DNA of 64,000 nt from Fimicolochytrium jonesii (Eukaryota). The notes under the pieces were generated by a model that had not been told where the DNA came from, did not search any database, and was given only the letters and a program-made list of their open reading frames with translations. This document shows positions 20,565 through 33,110 of this stretch, in pieces; positions within the stretch are counted from its first letter, which is position 1, and every line of letters starts with the position of its first letter. The stretch covers positions 496,001-560,000 of the forward strand of contig NW_026515673.1 of the NCBI RefSeq assembly GCF_025526975.1, read 5' to 3'. Both the position numbers and the translations under genes were made by a program.

Positions 20565-22585
20565 ATGATCCAAAGCAGGGGACAGCTGGCGACATGCCTT
20601 CAGTCGTTGCTTGCCCCGAGATTCACCCGCATTTTGGTGAGCAACCAGCCACGAAGGGGGAGACTTGTCATAAGGCAGTATTCCGCAACAACAAAGCTAT
20701 CAACACCAGCGTCGCCCTTTGTCTGTGATGTGTGCGTAGTGGGAGGCGGCATCGTAGGGACCGCGCTAGCGTCCGCTATTGGTAGGAGATCAGCTCGTGG
20801 AGACGAGGGTGGTGGCACTAGAACGTATATTGACTTTTTCCGAATAGCAAGGCCAGGAAGGACATCCTCCGCTCTGAAAGTGGCGCTCATTGAGGCAGGA
20901 GACTTGTATCGCAAGCCAGCGACCGAGCCGGGTGTATACTCGAATCGAGTCAGTTCCATAACGAATACGACGTTTCAGTTTTTGGAAGGTGAGTCTCGTT
21001 TTGCACCGAAATTCTCAGTCATCAGACCAGTTGGTTAAGCTCAAAATTGGTTTCTCAGATTTGGGTGTCTGGGACACCATCAGCTCCGACAGGCGGAGAC
21101 CGTACTATACTATGAAGGTGCGGACAAAAACGATTTCAGGGCCTTTGTCCCTATGCTCATACATGGGACCTTCCTCTTCCTGTTGCAGGTCTGGGACGCA
21201 ATAGGTAGTGGGCAAATAACTTTCGACGCATCAGAAGGGTTACCCGCCGGCATACCAGTTGATCCCATAGCACAAATTGTGGAGAATACCCACCTTCAAG
21301 CCGCGCTGGTCAACGGATTGAAGGAAAAGACGCAGGTTCACGTATACAACAACGCGAAGGTGGAGCGCATCAGCGTTGAGGCACAAGCAGGTGGAGGTGG
21401 GGAAAGCAAGGCCAGCAAGGCCATTCAATGGCCTATAGTCCAATTGGCCGATGGGCGGACGATCCAGACGAGATTGCTGGTCAGTATGTCTCTATGGCTA
21501 GACACCTTGTGTATGTAAGGATCTGACACCTTTCCCGTCTCACAGGTTGGTGCCGATGGAGCGAACTCGAGTGTACGGAGTTACGCGGGAATTGATTCGA
21601 TTGGTTGGGATTACGGCCAGATGGGGATTGTAGCAACTTTGGCGGTCGATAGCCACGCTAGTGGGAACCCCAGTGCTTGGCAACGGTTTCTGCCGACCGG
21701 CCCTGTGGCTCTTCTCCCGGTAAGGCATTGCAGTTCTGATCCATAAGTGTTCTCTCCTGACTCAATCATCAAATGCAGCTCAGCGATACCCACAGCTCCC
21801 TTGTGTGGACCGTTTCAGCAAAGCTTGCACCCCTTCTTTGCTCGCTTCCGTCCAAGGACTTCACCGCCTTGCTCAACGCCGCTCTCACTCTGCCATGGAA
21901 AGACGTTGAATTTCTCTGCTCCCAGATCTCCAAGGAGGGTGTGCCGCTTGTAGATTTTGACGCTGAAGTCTCGTGGAGTCACGAAAGGCTTGCCACCAAT
22001 CAAGCGGCTAGAGTTAGGAGGAAGGCAACGTTTAAGCCTCCGGGAGTATTGAGCGTGGTGGAGAAGACTAGAGCGGCCTTTCCGTTGAGGTTGAGGAATT
22101 CAGAGAATTACATTGGAGACAGGGTTGCTTTGATTGGGTATGTAAGGATGCGTTTGACCAGTTTGAATGTTGTGCTTGATTAACGCCATCGTTTCCCACT
22201 CCACAGTGATGCTGCCCATACGGTCCACCCTCTGGCAGGGCAAGGTCTAAATCTGGGTTTGGCAGATGCGGAGCTTTTAGCAGATGTCCTGGCTGACGCA
22301 CTCGACGTAGGATCAGATATTGGTGGGTGAAGAGGAAACATCTTCCCCGAGCTCCTCTTTCCCATATCTCACATCCTCATCCCATCGGAAGGTCATCCCC
22401 ACGTCCTCCAAAACTACTCGCGCGGCCGATACCTTCCCAACCTCGTCATGATGAAATCCATCGACTCGATCGGCAAGTTATTCAAAACGGAAAATGCGCT
22501 GATCGCGAAAGTGAGGTCTGCTGGGTTCAATGTCGTGGATGCCTTGGGGCCCCTCAAACGCGGGATTGTCGGGTTTGCTTCGTAA
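20565..22585 (+). CDS. COQ6: Ubiquinone biosynthesis FAD monooxygenase Coq6, multi-exon
   Basis: [68 protein letters not shown]. Confidence 0.9.
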
Positions 22586-22929
22586 TTGATGCTGACTACT
22601 GTAGAAACAGCAGCGAGCTACATGTAGATTGGAATAGGACACATTTGTAGCATATGAAGTTTGCGCATTCGACGCTTTGCTGTTGCTTTATACATGGAAG
22701 GTGGTTCTGGCGGTTGATTAAAAGAGTAGTAATACCGGGTACCAGTTACGATCGGAGTAACGGCATACAGTACCAGTTACTCCGGTATGCGTGGACGGTC
22801 CAACACGTCCTCGCCTCCTGAACTTTACATTACAGTACGGTAGGAAGCTGGGTAGGAAGCCACGCTTGTCCACAATAGCTTTTTCCACCGAAACTGACCA
22901 ACGCCGTTGAGACGACACAACCGTTTGCG

Positions 22930-23398
22930 ATGAGCGACAGAGACGAGTTCAAAGAGCAAGTGTACTCCGTTGTCCAGAGGATACCCAAAGGACGGGTCAC
23001 TTCTTATGGTAAGCAAACCCCGATTGGCAGCGCATTACTACTTTCCGCTTCCAGCTACACAGGGCCTGTCTCCTTCCCTTCCAACCTCCATGACCGTGTC
23101 CTCCCTCACAGGCCACATAGCAAAGCTCATAAACCACCCCCGTCACGCACGGCACGTCGGTACAGCAATGCGAGAGTCGCCCCCTAACCTGCCGTGGCAG
23201 AGGGTAGTCTCATTTCAAGGCAAGATCTCGCCACGCGTCCCACTCGATAACTGCGCGCGGCAGGCCCAGTTGTTGAGGCAAGAGGGCGTGGTAGTTGAGG
23301 CGGATGAGATGGGCTTGTTTTGTGTGGATTTGACGCTTTATGGGTGGTTTCCTGCGGAGGCGGCGGGGAGTGGGGACGTGCAGATTGGGGGAACGTGA
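22930..23398 (+). CDS. ATL1: Alkyltransferase-like protein (ATL, MGMT family, lacking the catalytic Cys), 2 exons
   Basis: VYSVVQRIPKGRVTSYG|HIAKLI..PRHARHVG; PWQRVV has Trp in place of the Cys of PCHRV. Confidence 0.85.
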
Positions 23399-23564
23399 CT
23401 TCTGATGAAGGGATGGTATTTCATCAGAGAAGGTTCGTAGTGGATGCTGGGGTTCTGATTGTGTTGTAAATATATAAATATCTCGAATGATAGCTACAGA
23501 TGATGCGTCTATGTATATGAACAATGAATAAGAACCTAGCAGGTTACCATACTCCCATCCCCAC

Positions 23565-26039
23565 TCATTTGGCGAACCGCACACTCCTGGCCAAATCCTT
23601 CTTGATACCGGTCGTTTCTCCCGCATAGCCAGCCTTGCTCTCCTTCTGCACCACTCTCTTGAAACTCTTGAGTTTCTTTTGTGCTTGCTCGAAACGCATG
23701 CGCTTCTTGACACGTGGGTTGCGCGCTTCTTTCGGACGGTAGGGGGTGAGACCCTTGTTGGAGAGGATCTTGTAGGTCGCAGGTCGTTTGCGGGTTTCTT
23801 CCATGGCATCGGGATCGTCGAATCTGTTGATTGATTTTGGAAGTAAGATATGAGACATTGGCCAAATACTACTGGGTGAGTCAAAAGGAACACACCTCGA
23901 CATTTCGGCTGCGACTTCCTTCTCGACCCGTATCCTGTCGTCCTTCTCACTCTTCTTCTGTTTCTTCGCAGATGCGATGTTCTCGTAATATGCAAGAGCG
24001 TCTTCATCCACTTCTGGCGCATCATCTTCCTCGGCGTCATCGCCGCGAGTGCGCTTGCGTCCCTTTGCCGGCGCTTCCTTGTCAAAGTCAGGCATCTCAC
24101 CGAAGCCGTTATCGAGGCCGCCCATGTCGGCACCCTCGTTGTCCGAGTTGTTCTCTAGGTCGTCTGGCTTTCCAAACAGGCGTGACGGTTGGACGGCTTT
24201 CGTTTCGGGCTGTTCCGCTCCGGGGATGATGAGCTTGCCGAATTTGTCGCGGTAGGGGATGTCATCGTCACCTCCGGCGTTGCGGGCAAGCCGCTTTTGC
24301 CGTGCCGTGATAGCCTATTTGAAAGACACTGCTCAGCACATGTACTTCTCCACTCGCATTGATTGAAGAACCGGCTTACCTGGTCAACTTTTGTCACATG
24401 GAACTTGAGACTCCTCTTCCGCGCGATCTTGTCATCGATGTCCAGTTCATCAATCTCATTCGATTCCCCAAAGTCGTTGGCGATCTGACGAGCGGCTTTA
24501 GCCTGGACAGACTTCTTCTTCTTGTCCTTTCCGATTGGCACGTAGGATTCCTCCGGTATCTCGTACTGCTTCGCCGACTTCTTTCCATTCACCTCCCGTG
24601 CAGCCTTCGTCTTCTTCGCTAGCTTCGTTTTTGGTGCTTCGAATTCCTCGGACTCCTCTTCGAGCCCTTCGTCCGCATCTTCCTGCTCTTCCACTTCGAG
24701 CTCCTCGACCTCAACCTCACCGCTTATCAGAGCCTCGATGTCGGCCTGCAAATCTGGCATGCCCCGACGCAAGCGCCTCTTCTCCTTTCTCCTCCTCTTT
24801 CTCCTCTTCCTTTGCGCTGCGGCGTCTTCATCGCTGTCAGCTTCACTCGATTCATCATCGTCGGAATCCACCTTTCCTTCGACCCGGGCTTCGAGATTCG
24901 CCAGTAACTCACGTAACTGAACAAGTGATTGGACAACTGGGTGAGATTGGACGTTGACACCAGCTGGCGGGTTTGCGCGCAATGACAGGTAGAAGGCCAC
25001 ATTTGTGGAATATGTCACCAACAGACCTACAGATATATACATGATAAGTGCATGCGATGCGAGACGCGGACGACCAACATACTCCGAGGTACTCACGGTA
25101 TTTAAGTTCCAAGTACTCTCTTGCCCGAGCAATACCCGATTTGATGGAGCCGTCTTCTGGCTTGCAGCTCCATTTCAGGGTTGGCCCGACGACCTCCCGA
25201 CACTCCTCCCATCGTTCCCGGAATTCAGCAAGCAAGCCGACAATGTCAGGAATGCTAGCTTCCGCAATCTTTACAAGCTCCTCCTGAGGCAAGGAGCTAG
25301 TGTCCTTCGAAACGACCTCCACTTCCGTCAATGCGGAAGGAAGTAGGTTGAGCGGGAAAGATGAGGATAGTCCAAGATGATCTAAATCGTCCTCGTCCAT
25401 TGTAACGGGTGTCGCTTCGGTTGTAGTCTCGCCTGCGACTCGCTTCGCAAAGCTGTCGCCAAAGTCATCCAAAAAATCCTCTTCCCGGATCTGGCTCACT
25501 CGGAGACGTTGCAATCGAAGCGCTTCCTCCTCTTCAGCTTTCGCGTCCTCCTCATCCGTGGCATCGTTCGCGTCATAGTACATCTTCCTCGACTTTCCCC
25601 ATGCCCTTTCATCCATTTCATCGGCATTTGCACCCTTCTTCTTCGATGTCTTCCCGGCTGCTTCAGCTTCATCTTCCTCCTGACCATAGACGTCATCGTC
25701 GCTGTCAAGACCTGCACCGCCTTTCAGCCCCATCTGCAGCTTTTTTAGCAGAGCCTCATCCTCGTCATCCTCGTCGTCCTCATCGTCAGAGTCTTCCAGC
25801 CCCAACCCGAAAACGTCTTCGTCGGCCTCCTCGTCCTCGTCTTGTCCGCGCCTGCGCCTTTGGTACAACTTGGCATCATCTATGGAGATAGACTCCCGCT
25901 GTTGATGAAACTCATCCTCCGAGTCGAGACCGACGTTTTCCAAGTCAGCCGACGCTCCGACTTTGTAGTCCTCCATTTCGTCTCTGGACGCGGTGTTCGG
26001 CCGGTTGAGCTTGTTCCTTCCACCCTTTTTCCGCGCCAT
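23565..26039 (-). CDS. SAS10: SSU processome component Sas10/Utp3, multi-exon
   Basis: WGKSRKMYY, EEEEALRLQ, NVAFYLSL..HPVVQSLVQLRELL, C-terminal NKGLTPYRPKEARNPRVKKRMRF..YAGETTGIKKDLARSVRF. Confidence 0.92.
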
Positions 26040-26371
26040 TTTGTTTGCGTTTTTTTGGCGAAGGGATTTCAGGCGGCTGTTAGAGGTTGTGATAGGCGGC
26101 TTGCTAAGAGTTCACCTCCACGGGTGGGTCTGTGACAAATAATGGCTTCCGACGGCCAGGGAAAGCAAACGTCAACCACTAGTTTCGAATCCGGTCGGGG
26201 GCCTGCTCCGTGAGACAGAAAAACGATATAAGCTCAGCTTCCTTTCGCAGGAGGGACGCAGTAAGTGCTTTGTCGATGCCGCTAAGTGTAAAGTATGTTC
26301 TGGGTCTCGCATGCAGCCTACAAAAACAGGCGAAAGCAAAGAGAGCCTGAGAGCGAGCGTGTGCATAAGCG

Positions 26372-26394
26372 ACAGTCACGTGACGACTCGCTCG
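26372..26394. promoter_or_regulatory. E-box GTCACGTGAC with ACTCGCTCG extension in the SAS10/CWC22 divergent promoter
   Basis: Palindrome at 26375-26384; near-identical motif on the opposite strand at ~32759-32780. Confidence 0.45.
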
Positions 26395-26593
26395 GTTCAA
26401 TTGTCGAGGGGGCACTGGCGCTCTACTTTCCCTCTCGCATTCAAGGCAACGCAGATCAGCAAAGTACCCAGTCGGGCACAGCACAACACGTAGACTACCT
26501 GAACTATTTACACCTCGTCGCTCCCGGACCTGAAGTCGCTCGCTCAAACGCTATAGTGTCGTTGTTTCCAACTTCTCGCTTTCGATTTTCGCG

Positions 26594-29062
26594 ATGGCAA
26601 GTTCAGTATCGCCGTCGGCAAGCCCACCACGCCGCGGGCGATCGCCAGAGGGCTCAGCTAAGAGCGAAAGGGGCTCCAAGTCTCCTTCACGCAGTCCCTC
26701 CGCCTCGCCCGGTCCTCGGCCTTCGTCTCGGTCACCCTCGCCAGAGTCAGAGTCAAATTCCCAGGCGACCCATGAAGATCAAGATGGTGCGAGGGTCCCG
26801 CTCGCCGCAGTCACGAATACCAATGGGTCCGCCGGACAAGTAAAGGAAAGTCGAATTACAAAGCCAGACAACATAATAGGAAGAGCAGGAGGGGCATACA
26901 TTCCTCCAGCACGGCTGCGTGCGATGCAGGCGGCTATAACGGACAAAAGCAGCCCAGAATATCAGCGCATGACATGGGAAGCTCTGAAGAAGTCTCTCAA
27001 CGGTCTTATCAACAAAGTCAACACAGCAAACATCAAGAATATCGTGGTAGAATTGTTTGGAGAGAATCTCGTACGGGGTCGTGGGTTATTATGTCGAAGC
27101 ATCATGAAGGCGCAGGCGGCTTCCCTGCCATTCACGCCGGTGTATGCAGCATTGATTGCTGTCATCAACACCAAGTTCCCTCAGATCGGCGAGCTTCTCC
27201 TCACCAGACTGGTACAGCAATTCCGACGTGCATACAAACGTAGCGACAAAGCTGTCTGTTTGGCGAACGCAAAGTTTCTGGCCCACCTGGTCAACCAAAA
27301 AGTTGCACACGAGATCGTGGCATTGCAGCTACTGACACTCTTGTTGGAACGACCAACCGATGATTCCGTCGAAGTGGCCGTCGGCTTCATGCGAGACTGT
27401 GGAGCATACCTCACGGATGTGTCGCCGAAGGCTTGCAATGGTGTCTTCGACCGGTTCCGAGCGATCCTGCACGAGAGCACTATCGATAAGCGAACACAGT
27501 ACATGGTTGAAGTGCTCTTCCAAGTTCGTAAGGACAAGTTCAAGGACAATCTCGCTGTTCCAGAGGAGCTGGATCTTGTTGATGAGGATGACCAAATGAC
27601 ACATATGGTTGGGTTGAGCGACGAAGATCTGAACGTCGAGGAGGGGCTGAACGTTTTCAAGTTCGACACCAATTACCTCGGGAGTGAAGAAATCTATCAA
27701 CAAATGAAGAAAGAGATTTTAGGCGAAGGATCAGACGATGAAAGCGATGACGATGGGAGTGAGGAGGAGTCCGGAGAGGAGTCGGAAGAAGAGTCGGAAG
27801 CCATTCAAAAAGCACAGGAACGATTGCAGATTCAGGACGAGACGAACACCAATCTCATCAACTTGCGCCGAGCGATCTACCTCACGATCATGTCGAGTTT
27901 GAACTTCGAGGAGTGTGCTCACAAGCTGATGAGGCTGAAGATTCAGCCAGGACAGGAGTCGGAACTGGTGAACATGATCACTGAATGTTGCGGGCAGGAA
28001 CGGACGTACGTCAATTTCTACGGTCTGCTGGGCGAACGGTTCTGCCGTATCAACAAAGGATGGTCGGACGCTTTCTGCGCATCCTTCGAGGAAACATATA
28101 AGACCATTCACCGTTACGAAACTAACCGTCTGCGTAACATTGCGAAGTTCTTCGCTCACCTGCTCTCGTCGGACGCATTGACCTGGGAAGTGTTCGCCCT
28201 GGTCCGTCTCACCGAGGCCGATACCACCTCTTCGTCGCGTATCTTCATCAAAATCCTCTTCCAAGATCTCGTTGAAGCGTTCGGTTTGAAGAACCTGGAT
28301 AATCGCCTCCGGGACCCCAGCATGATCGTTCAAGTCAATACCCCTGGGGGATATGTTACACGTGGCGTCTTCGAAGGGCTGTTCCCGAAAGACAACCCGC
28401 GCAACACGCGTTTCGCCATCAATTACTTCACTAGTATCGGGTTGGGAGGCCTCACCGAAGATCTTCGTGAGTTCTTGAAGAACGCGCCAAAGCTCATCAT
28501 GGCTCAGCAACAGGAAGTGGAATCGGACAGCGATAGCAGCACTAGTTCCGACTCGGACTCGGACTCGTCATCTGATTCAGATTCGGACAGTGATTCAGAT
28601 TCGGACGGTAGCACTTCATCGTCCGACTCGGAGTCTGACCGAGAAGTCGATCGGAGGAAACGTGCCTCCAGCCGCAGGAGCCGTTCCCCGGTGGCCAGGA
28701 ACGGCGGCCGCAGAAGTGATGATGATATCGACCGGCGTCGCCCCGAAGTTCGGCGGGACAGCAGAGATGACCGCTATGGCGGCGATCGCCGACGCAGCCC
28801 TACCCGCAAACGTAGCCGCAGCCGTGATCGGGACGACAGACGCGGGGACAAGGATAAGGACGACGTACGCGGCGACAGAGATAGGGATGCGAGGCGGTAT
28901 GATGAGCGTAGCCGGGATGACCGTAGACGCGGGTCGGATGATCGGGGTTATGAGAGATCGTCGAGGCGGGAGAGGAGCAGTGAGAGGAATGGAAAACGGT
29001 ACAGAAGCCCTTCCAGGTCCCCGTCCCGAGACCGCCGGGACTCGAAGTACCAGCGTAGATAG
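26594..29062 (+). CDS. CWC22: Pre-mRNA splicing factor Cwc22 (MIF4G + MA3, RS/RD-rich tail), intronless
   Basis: [71 protein letters not shown]. Confidence 0.96.
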   Translation: MASSVSPSASPPRRGRSPEGSAKSERGSKSPSRSPSASPGPRPSSRSPSPESESNSQATHEDQDGARVPLAAVTNTNGSAGQVKESRITKPDNIIGRAGGAYIPPARLRAMQAAITDKSSPEYQRMTWEALKKSLNGLINKVNTANIKNIVVELFGENLVRGRGLLCRSIMKAQAASLPFTPVYAALIAVINTKFPQIGELLLTRLVQQFRRAYKRSDKAVCLANAKFLAHLVNQKVAHEIVALQLLTLLLERPTDDSVEVAVGFMRDCGAYLTDVSPKACNGVFDRFRAILHESTIDKRTQYMVEVLFQVRKDKFKDNLAVPEELDLVDEDDQMTHMVGLSDEDLNVEEGLNVFKFDTNYLGSEEIYQQMKKEILGEGSDDESDDDGSEEESGEESEEESEAIQKAQERLQIQDETNTNLINLRRAIYLTIMSSLNFEECAHKLMRLKIQPGQESELVNMITECCGQERTYVNFYGLLGERFCRINKGWSDAFCASFEETYKTIHRYETNRLRNIAKFFAHLLSSDALTWEVFALVRLTEADTTSSSRIFIKILFQDLVEAFGLKNLDNRLRDPSMIVQVNTPGGYVTRGVFEGLFPKDNPRNTRFAINYFTSIGLGGLTEDLREFLKNAPKLIMAQQQEVESDSDSSTSSDSDSDSSSDSDSDSDSDSDGSTSSSDSESDREVDRRKRASSRRSRSPVARNGGRRSDDDIDRRRPEVRRDSRDDRYGGDRRRSPTRKRSRSRDRDDRRGDKDKDDVRGDRDRDARRYDERSRDDRRRGSDDRGYERSSRRERSSERNGKRYRSPSRSPSRDRRDSKYQRR

Positions 29063-29365
29063 AAGGAAGGGCGTAAGGACATAATATGGAAAAGAGTCCC
29101 GGCGGAACTGGGGTCTTCTCGGAGTGTCTGCTGTCTTTACCGATGTGACAGATTGGGTGGTGTTTTTTGAATTCTATGTCATTGATAGCACAATGCTTTT
29201 AGGAGTTATGTACATGATGATTCATAACATGCCAGTGGGAGTTGAAACTCGTATGGAGTGACAGATCAGTGTCAGCGTAAAGCTGCTAGGAACTTCCAAA
29301 AATAAATGACTATCTAATCGTAATCGTGGATCTCGAGATACCAAGGGGAATTCGTCTTGACAACC

Positions 29366-32300
29366 TCACTTCCCAGAGTTCCAGGCTTTGAACAAGCTAT
29401 GTGTCCGACTCTCCTTCGCCTTGGCCTGCTCCCTCTTCAACCTGGCAGCCTTCCTCGCTTCCTCCTCTTTCTTCTTCTGGAGGGCCTTGCTTGCTCCGAA
29501 CCGCGGCTTGGCAATGTTCGCCGGGTTGTTCGTATAATCATCGTCGCTGTTGTCCGCGTCAGGATTGAGTGACTCGCCGTCCGGGTTGACGTCTGTTTGT
29601 TTGAGGATTTGCAATAGTTCTTCTTGTTCGCTTCGTGCGTACAGGTAGAGTTTTGGCCGCTCTGAGGCGGGGATGAGTTGCTCGAGACTTGGGATGATCT
29701 ATAGAGATAAAGATTGGGCAGTGAGTATCCTATTCCCTAGTGCACGGTAGGAGCAGTCCAAGCGTACCTTGTACTCATAACCCTGATCAATCAAAAACGT
29801 CTTCCTCTTCGCGCTAAACTGCACCTCCTCCGTATCCTTCGTGACCAGGGTATAAAATCGGCTTTTGAACCCCTCCTCATTCCTCCGCTTCGCTCGCAAG
29901 ATACGACCCATACGCTGTGCTTCCTGCCTACGACTTCCAAACATGGACGAGATCTGGATCAAGCAGGTCGCTTCGGGCAGATCCAAGGAGGTGTCTCCGA
30001 CTTTTGATAAGAAGACCGTCTGGAAGGAACCTGGTCCGGACGCGCGGAACTTTTTGAGAACGATGGAACGCTCGGCGTTGGAGGTTTTGCCGTAGATGAA
30101 TGGCTTTCGCATTCTTCGAGCGTAGTACTGCACAAAAAGAAGGTTAGTGAGTTTGGGCGTGTGAAACCGAGGGTCGAAGTTCATATTTACAGCCAGAGCG
30201 AACACGTTATCGGAAAACACGATGATCTTATCACCAGCAGCTTCGCGAGCCTTGATGAGGTACTCGCAAGCTTGATATTTGCTAGGATTCATGACGGTCA
30301 AGAGTCGTCGTTTCCTACATATCGCCGAATCAGTCATCCGTTGTCAGGTTGGGAAGCTGCATTATATACTCACCCTGCATGTTTGCTATCCATGTACTCC
30401 TGGTAGAATTCGGACGTCATTCCGCACCAGACTTCGGTCGCCTAGGGAACACACCTCGTGAGTCTACGAATCATTCTTGGAAGTCCCAACAATTCCATAT
30501 GCACCTCGACTTTAGCAATGTGTCCCCGGTTAGCAAGATCCATCCAATTCGCCTCGAATAGCTTAGGCCCAATGAGGAAATTCAGATCCTCGATCTTATC
30601 ATCCTCTCTCACCAGCGTCGCCGTCAGTCCCAGCTTTGTATGAGCGGACACCGTAGTCAAAACTCGTCGGAAAACGTTCGCAGGTACGACGTGCACCTCG
30701 TCAAGAATCATCAGGCCCCATTCGACTGAGTTGATCCACTCAATCATTCGCGCGGTAGCAGCGGATCGCTCTCCGGAGTGCGAGATCATGGTGTATGTCG
30801 ACACTACGATTCCGGCATCGCCGACGAATTTGTGCTTTTCGTCGGAGGTGAACTTTGCTATTTGCCCTTCCTTTAGACTGGTCCAATTCCGGAACTCCTT
30901 CGTCCATTGGTCAACCGACAGCGCGTTGGTGCAAAGAACCAATGTGCTCTTCTTGACCGTACATGCAGCAGTGATCCCAACCAGAGTCTTTCCCGCACCC
31001 GTTGGTAGAACAATGATCCCAGATCTGGCACGACCGCCACCTCCTCCGAACATCTTGCTCAGACTCTTCTCCTGGTAATCACGGATAGATGTTCTTGGGC
31101 TCAGATCCATATCGAGATTGGGGGTAAGAGCGTCATGTCTGAAATCGTATTCCTCCATCAAAGGGTAATCCATTCCAATGCAGTGCTTTTTCACTTCCTC
31201 AACGAGCGGCTTCGAGATTTCGAAAGAGTGAACAAACTCCGACTCGTCCTCCAAATCATCCTCCCCATCGTCCATAGAATCGAGGGTGATGACGGCTCCC
31301 AATTCTCCTTCGTCTGCTTTGGACACGTCCGTTCCTTTCGCATTTATGGCCGAGCCATTTGGTTTAGCGAGAAACGATGGGATGCTGTCATCGTCTGGAC
31401 GGATGACACGAGCTTTGGCAATGTCAGGATTCGTGAGAAGTCGTTTCAAGACATCGGGATAGGTTGACTCAATGAAGTATCTACGGTCTACTGTTTAGCT
31501 AAGACAGCATATGATACCATTTCGGCAGCCACACTGCATACCTGTTGTCTTTCAGAACCAGCTTCGCTTTCCCGTAGGCCATGGTGCATTCTTTGATGAA
31601 TTTACGAACTCTTTCGGGGAGTGTGACTTTCGAGAATCGCTCCAGAACGGCCAGAATGGTATCTGTTTCCATCCCCACGGATACCGCCGCGTATAATGAG
31701 TACGCTGTGAGTTTGAATTCATGGATTCGCGACGGTCGACTGACAGGTTCGGCAATGGTAATCAAAAAGTCTTGCGCCTGCACAGCTAAAGGCGAGAACG
31801 CTTCAAGGATAATACGCCCGTCATCGCAAACCCAGAGGGGCCTGTGCTTGTGATCGGGCTTTTGTTCCAAGAATGTATAATCTGAAGAGAAACGGTTGGA
31901 CACCACATCCTTAATGACCGATTTGTCTGCTTGGTCTGTATCCACCGCCTCCACTGTGAACCGGGCGAAACGGGACGGATCGGTGTAGTGCTCTTTGATA
32001 TGTGCTTCTGGGTCAACATCCATCTCCTCCATCTTTGGTTGCTGGACTGGCTGCGGCGCAGCTGGCAGCTTCAGCCTGATACTTGGCTTCCCATTCGCCC
32101 CATTCGCAGCTGGAGTATTCGCCTTGCCATTCTGGTTCTCGAGATTCGAGGTGGAGGGAGAAATCGTAGGCGGCGCCTCTTTGCGCCTCTTATTGGGTGG
32201 GTCGAGAAGACCCTTCCCAAAAGCCGATGCAGGCCTCTTTGCAGAGACTATTCATGACATCAGGATAGAAAGAATATCCGTGAGACATGATAGCCAAAGA

Positions 32301-32407
32301 AAACCCTTCAAAAGGATACATAGCCTAGCCTATCATGGCAACTCACAGCTGGAAGACAGTGCTGGGGCTGGCGCGCTCAACGTCGCCAACAACGGGTTGC
32401 TTGACAT
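29366..32407 (-). CDS. SSL2: TFIIH translocase XPB/Ssl2/Rad25, multi-exon
   Basis: [70 protein letters not shown]; the start at 32407 (MSSNPLL) is tentative. Confidence 0.93.
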
Positions 32408-32758
32408 GACGCCAAAGAAGTGTCGTTCAGTAAGAGCAGGTTTACTTATCCGGATCAGCTAGAGGAAAGCCTGCAGGAAGGCCTTCAGGATAATCGCTTT
32501 CCAGCTGCCAAAATTACCACAAGTCAGTCGGAGAGGCGACGCAGCCGATGCAAGGGTCCGGAGACACTAGCAAGAGTCGCAACCCTATTCAAATCGTCCG
32601 CTTTTGATATCAGATACAGCAAAGCGCATGTTCGAGTTCGGTGGTGCAGTGAGCGTCTAGCGGATGAGAGGTGCTTAGCGCAGTGATTCCTGCACAACAG
32701 ACGTCGACATCGCTGTGCAAAGGCAAGCCTTTAGCAAGTGGAGCGGGGAGGCTGGGCA

Positions 32759-32780
32759 GCGAGCGAGTTCACGTGACTGT
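32759..32780. promoter_or_regulatory. E-box TCACGTGAC with CGAGCGAGT flank in the XPB/MTR4 divergent promoter
   Basis: Reverse complement reads ACAGTCACGTGAACTCGCTCG, matching 26372-26394. Confidence 0.45.
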
Positions 32781-33110
32781 GATAAATTCAAATCTGCAAG
32801 GTTGCACCCTTGGGAGCCCTTGGTTCCTGGCGTGGAGCCTGAGGTCGGGTTTTGGTGCAAGACCTGCGACCAGTCGGCAAACAGTCTATGCAGCGGATAT
32901 GTGCCCTCTCGCTTGAGTGATTCCGCCGAAGTTCTTGATAGTGGAGGCATTTTTGGTTGAAGTCGCTTTCACCGCCGTACAGCCGTGGAAGAATCGCCGT
33001 CAGTTAGAGGAAACCCTGCTATCGACTTGTACCAAAAGCCCAGTCCTCGCCTGGCTCCTTACTGTTGATCACCAATAAAGGTCCCTTAGCCGCATCATAG
33101 TATCTTCAGA

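Noticed and set aside
28515..29062. GACTCG/GATTCA repeats and Arg/Asp-rich repeats
   Set aside because: These encode the SD- and RD/RS-rich tail of Cwc22
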